A DNA stretch of 64,000 nt, from NCBI RefSeq assembly GCF_030028105.1, contig NC_092374.1, forward strand, positions 8,484,998-8,548,997. The letters run 5' to 3'. A program made the translations under genes and the position numbers. The notes under the pieces were generated by a model. It made no database searches. It was not told the origin of the DNA and was given only the letters and a program-made list of their open reading frames with translations. Below are positions 62,153 to 64,000 of this stretch, one piece after another (within the stretch, counting starts at the first letter, position 1; every line of letters starts with the position of its first letter). This DNA comes from Mobula birostris (Eukaryota).

Positions 62153-62995
62153 TGTTACGTACCCCATAACTGGGTTGCCAAACCAGCAGAAATGGACCAC
62201 TTAGTTGGAGTCTGGATTACTGGAACTAAGAAAGTTTTATTAAAGAAATAAGTAACACAGTACTCTAAACGTAAGGATATAAATGCAATCGGTTAGCAAT
62301 GATAAAACACACATGTACACAGAACTAGGATTATAGGATCAATCAAGCTCTATCCCAGTCTAGGGGTAAAATGATCAGTCTCAAGTGACACAGAGTTCAG
62401 TTCAGTTCAGTTCGTAGTAATCGCTGTTGTGCCGATGGGGGAGAGAGAGAGCGAATGATGATATTCAAATTGGATTCAACAGACCTTTGATATTCCTCGC
62501 AGTTAGCTTTCGGGCGAGCCCTTTGTAATGTCTTCTGAGGTCACCGACTGTGACCCCTCCGTTCCGGATACAATCGTTCTTCTGCGGTGAACCCGACACC
62601 CAGGCAAGGGCGGACACACACACCATGTTCCCGCCGATCGTACCTTCTCACCCTGTGCGTCTACGGTTGGTCCCGTGACCAGACCTCCACAACTCCCACC
62701 AACTTGTGGGGGCACACCGCTCTTCTAGGGTCTCGTTATCTCGTGGTGTCATAGTGTGTGTTCCTCGCCTTAGCGAACCTGTTCCTTTTATCCTCCTGCT
62801 GGAGTATCGCCTGTCCATCAAACTTCAAACAGTTCAGGTTCAAAGCAACCGGTCTAAACAATACTCGGAACTGTGTCTCTTTTCGTTAATATCTCTCGTC
62901 TCTCTCTGATTAGCATTTTGAATGTTTCCCCCATTTGTCTCTCTCTTAACTCTCTTATTGGCATCAATCTTCTGATAACTTGGTATTTTATCACA
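62153..62995 (-). repeat. 5' LTR of the Gypsy element (843 bp)
   Basis: Direct repeat of 58074-58922, adjacent to the PBS. Confidence 0.95.
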
Positions 62996-64000
62996 GTTGC
63001 AAAGTTTGCAGATGATATGAAGGTAGGTGGAGAGGTAGGTCAATTTGAGGAAGTAGAGAGGCTACAGAAGGACTTAGACAGATTAGGAGAATGGGCAAAG
63101 AAATGGCAAATGGAATACAGTGTCAGGAAGTGTATGGTCATGGGTTGACTGTTTTCTAAATGGAGAGAAAATACAGAAAACTGAGGTGCAAAGGGAAGAG
63201 AGTCCTTGTGCAGGATTCTCTCAAGGTTAATTTGCAGGTTGAGTCTGTGGTGAAGAAGGCAAATGCAACGTTAGCATCCATTTCAAGAGGACTAGAATAT
63301 AAAAGCAAGGATGTAATGTTGAAACTTTATAAAGCCCTGGTGAGGCCTCACGGAGTATTGTGAGCAGGTTTGGGCCCCTTATCTTAGAAAGGAAGTGCTG
63401 AAACTGTAGAGGATTCAAAGGAGGTTCACAAAAATGATTCCAGGATTGAATGGCTTGTCATATGAAGAATGTTTGATGGCTCTGGGCCTTTATTCACTGG
63501 AATTCAGAAGAGTGAGCAGTGACCTAATTGAAACCTATTGAACGGTGAAAGGCCTTGATAGAGTGGATGTGGAGAGGTTGTTTCCGAATGTAGGAGAGTC
63601 TAAGACCAGAAGACATAGCCCCACAATAGTAAAGTAAAGGCATCGGTTAGTCTTGTGAGACCATGGATCTGCACCTGGAAAGCCTTCACTCTCCAGGGCA
63701 CAGGCCTGGGCAAGGTTGTATGGAAGACCAGCAGTTGCCCAAGCTGCAAGTCTCCCCTCTCTACAACACCAATGTTGTCCAAGGAAAGGGCATTAGGACC
63801 CATACAGCTTGGCACCAGTGTCGTCACAGAGCAATGTGTGATTAAGTGCCTTGCTCAAGGACACAACACGCTGCCTCGGCTGGGGCTCGAACTCACGACC
63901 TTCAGATCCCTAGTCCAATGCCTTAACCACTTGGCCATGTGCTCACAATAGAGGGGAGTCCTTTTAGTACGGAGATGAGGAGGAATTTCTTTAACCAGAG
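62996..64000 (+). mobile_element. CR1 fragment, right half of the interrupted element (itself interrupted by a SINE)
   Basis: VAKFADDMKVGG...LQKDLDRLGEWAKKWQMEY...LYKALVRPH. Confidence 0.88.
63630..63943 (-). mobile_element. tRNA-derived SINE inserted in CR1
   Basis: 8-bp TSD CACAATAG at 63622-63629 and 63944-63951; same family as 46927-47245. Confidence 0.9.

Larger units (their letters stand above)
58074..62995 (-). mobile_element. Gmr1-type Ty3/Gypsy LTR retrotransposon, internally deleted (4922 bp)
   Basis: Two LTRs with TG...CA termini, 4-bp TSD GTTG (58070-58073 and 62996-62999), tRNA-Pro PBS, PPT-like GAAGGATAGGGG next to the 3' LTR, and domain order gag-PR-IN-RT-(RH). Confidence 0.95.

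Overview
Repeat-dense vertebrate genomic DNA, most likely from a cartilaginous fish (ray/shark; inferred from the HE1-like SINE, CR1, Rex1 and Penelope repeat content). Two host genes are visible, arranged head-to-head about 30 kb apart. (1) On the minus strand is the first coding exon of a TESK1-type dual-specificity kinase (2778-2996), with a CpG island at about 4.3-4.9 kb. (2) On the plus strand is a four-exon immunoglobulin-superfamily receptor that the ORF track does not assemble: signal peptide (34875-34935), V-domain 1 (46197-46562), V-domain 2 (53720-54094) and a transmembrane exon with an intramembrane lysine (55996-56095). All junctions are GT-AG and frame-compatible, giving an activating-type (adaptor-coupled) V-V-TM receptor that I cannot assign to a named family. 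The rest is nested transposon debris: CR1, Rex1/Babar, RTE, a HERO-type RLE fragment, Penelope remnants carrying minimal hammerhead-ribozyme motifs, mariner/Tc1 remnants, SINEs, a solo LTR, and a 4.9-kb Gmr1-type (SCAN-domain Gag, integrase-before-RT) Gypsy element with both LTRs, a tRNA-Pro PBS and a 4-bp TSD inside a CR1 RT. Exon, LTR, PBS and TSD coordinates were counted by hand from the sequence; boundaries of decayed repeats are approximate. Only representative SINE and LINE fragments are listed.
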